The position numbers and the translations under genes are program-made. From the IMG/VR virus record IMGVR_UViG_2882284595_000003, positions 1-64,000 of that record: a stretch of DNA of 64,000 nucleotides. One strand, 5' to 3'. Every line of letters begins with the position of its first letter. Position 1 is the first letter of the stretch. This DNA comes from a virus. Its lineage: Duplodnaviria; Caudoviricetes. The notes under the pieces are model-generated. The model saw only the letters and a list, made by a program, of their open reading frames with translations, did not search any database and was not told where the DNA came from. Positions 63,253 through 64,000 of the stretch are shown piece by piece.

Positions 63253-63927
63253 TTATGCCTCGCCGCCATCGGGCGGCGGGACAGTGTTTTTCAGGGTGCG
63301 GATGACGCGCTCGATGTCTTTTTTGACGCCGGCGTTGCCGTCCAGCTGCTGGGCGCGGCGTAGATGTTCCAGCGCCGCGGCCGGGTCGGCGGCCTCGATG
63401 GCCAGACCGCTTTCCTTGTGCAACTTGGCGCGCACTTGGTCGGGCATGTCGTGGCCGTCGGTCAGCTCGGCGGTGTAGGTCAGCACCTGGCAAGCAAAAG
63501 ACTCGCCGCCAACGCGGGCGCGCTTGGCGGCGTCGGCGATTTCCTCGGCGATGGTGGTGGCGGTGGTGCGATTGAACCGGTCGGGCAGCGGCAGGCCGTG
63601 CGCCAGCACGTACTCGGCGATGTCCAGCGCGCCGCCGTAGTCGCCGGCGTCGATGCGCCACAGCATCACCGTCACCAGCACTTCATCGGGCTGGCCCTTG
63701 CCGCCGGACAGCGCGCCCTCCACCCACGGCAGGTAGTCGGGCAGGATCTCGCGCTTGACCTCGGCCTTGCGTTCCATCGACTGCACCTGTTTCAGGCGGC
63801 GGCGGTCCTCGGCCAGCTTGTGCAGCATCAGCTCATAGCCGGTGCAGTGTTCCAGCCCGCCGGCGGCCGAAGCCGAAGCCTCGGCCGCCGTCACGCGCAG
63901 GAAGTGGGCGCGGGCGGGGCTGGTCAT
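63253..63927 (-). CDS. gpM: Terminase endonuclease subunit M
   Basis: MTSPAR.H...D.RRLK.VQS.ERK...W.IDAGD...DMPDQVRAKL...GVKKDI. Confidence 0.95.
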   Translation of the reverse strand: MTSPARAHFLRVTAAEASASAAGGLEHCTGYELMLHKLAEDRRRLKQVQSMERKAEVKREILPDYLPWVEGALSGGKGQPDEVLVTVMLWRIDAGDYGGALDIAEYVLAHGLPLPDRFNRTTATTIAEEIADAAKRARVGGESFACQVLTYTAELTDGHDMPDQVRAKLHKESGLAIEAADPAAALEHLRRAQQLDGNAGVKKDIERVIRTLKNTVPPPDGGEA

Positions 63928-64000
63928 TTGTCGGCCTCGTCCTTTGCTTGCGGCGGCGGGGGCGGCAGCTGCTCGATGTTTTCAATCACGCAGCCGGCCT
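63924..64000 (-). CDS. gpN: Major capsid protein N, C-terminal fragment (runs off the window)
   Basis: ...AGCVIENIEQL...* with ATGA overlap into M. Confidence 0.75.
   Translation of the reverse strand, partial: AGCVIENIEQLPPPPPQAKDEADK

Larger units (their letters stand above)
63198..64000 (-). mobile_element. P2-like prophage, continuation (head genes)
   Basis: Gene M and the end of gene N; joins to gene L across the insertion. Confidence 0.92.

Noticed and set aside
1-64000. CRISPR array, tRNA, rRNA, IS element or P2 integrase/att site
   Set aside because: None recognised by eye; the P2-like integrase and ends lie outside the window

Overview
The window is entirely prophage DNA in a GC-rich proteobacterial chromosome (gene style suggests a betaproteobacterium such as Chromobacterium, which is inference only). 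A P2-like myovirus prophage (1-23935, resuming at 63198-64000) is split between its terminase gene M and head-completion gene L by an apparently complete 39,262-bp transposable phage (23936-63197). That phage has TGAAG...CTTCA ends, a 6-bp GTCGGC target duplication and B3/BcepMu-type organisation. The two phages share a near-identical ~1.54-kb tail-fibre tip/chaperone module. P2-like cargo: a WYL+BRCT protein, hicAB, an aegerolysin with a lux-box-like promoter, a LuxR-HTH gene and a secreted protein. Mu-like cargo: a Dam-type methylase with a structured leader, a PAAR/putative amidase/putative immunity cassette, a HEPN-motif protein and small membrane proteins. Best novelty candidates are (i) a GSxNRVAxxxYxE motif shared by the repressor C-tail and the N-terminus of the overlapping membrane protein, (ii) the PAAR cassette, (iii) a duplicated palindrome inside the DUF3102-like gene, and (iv) a candidate UUU_CGC +1 frameshift. 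All product calls come from motif recognition by eye and synteny. No database searches were run, and several start codons were re-chosen relative to the ORF track.
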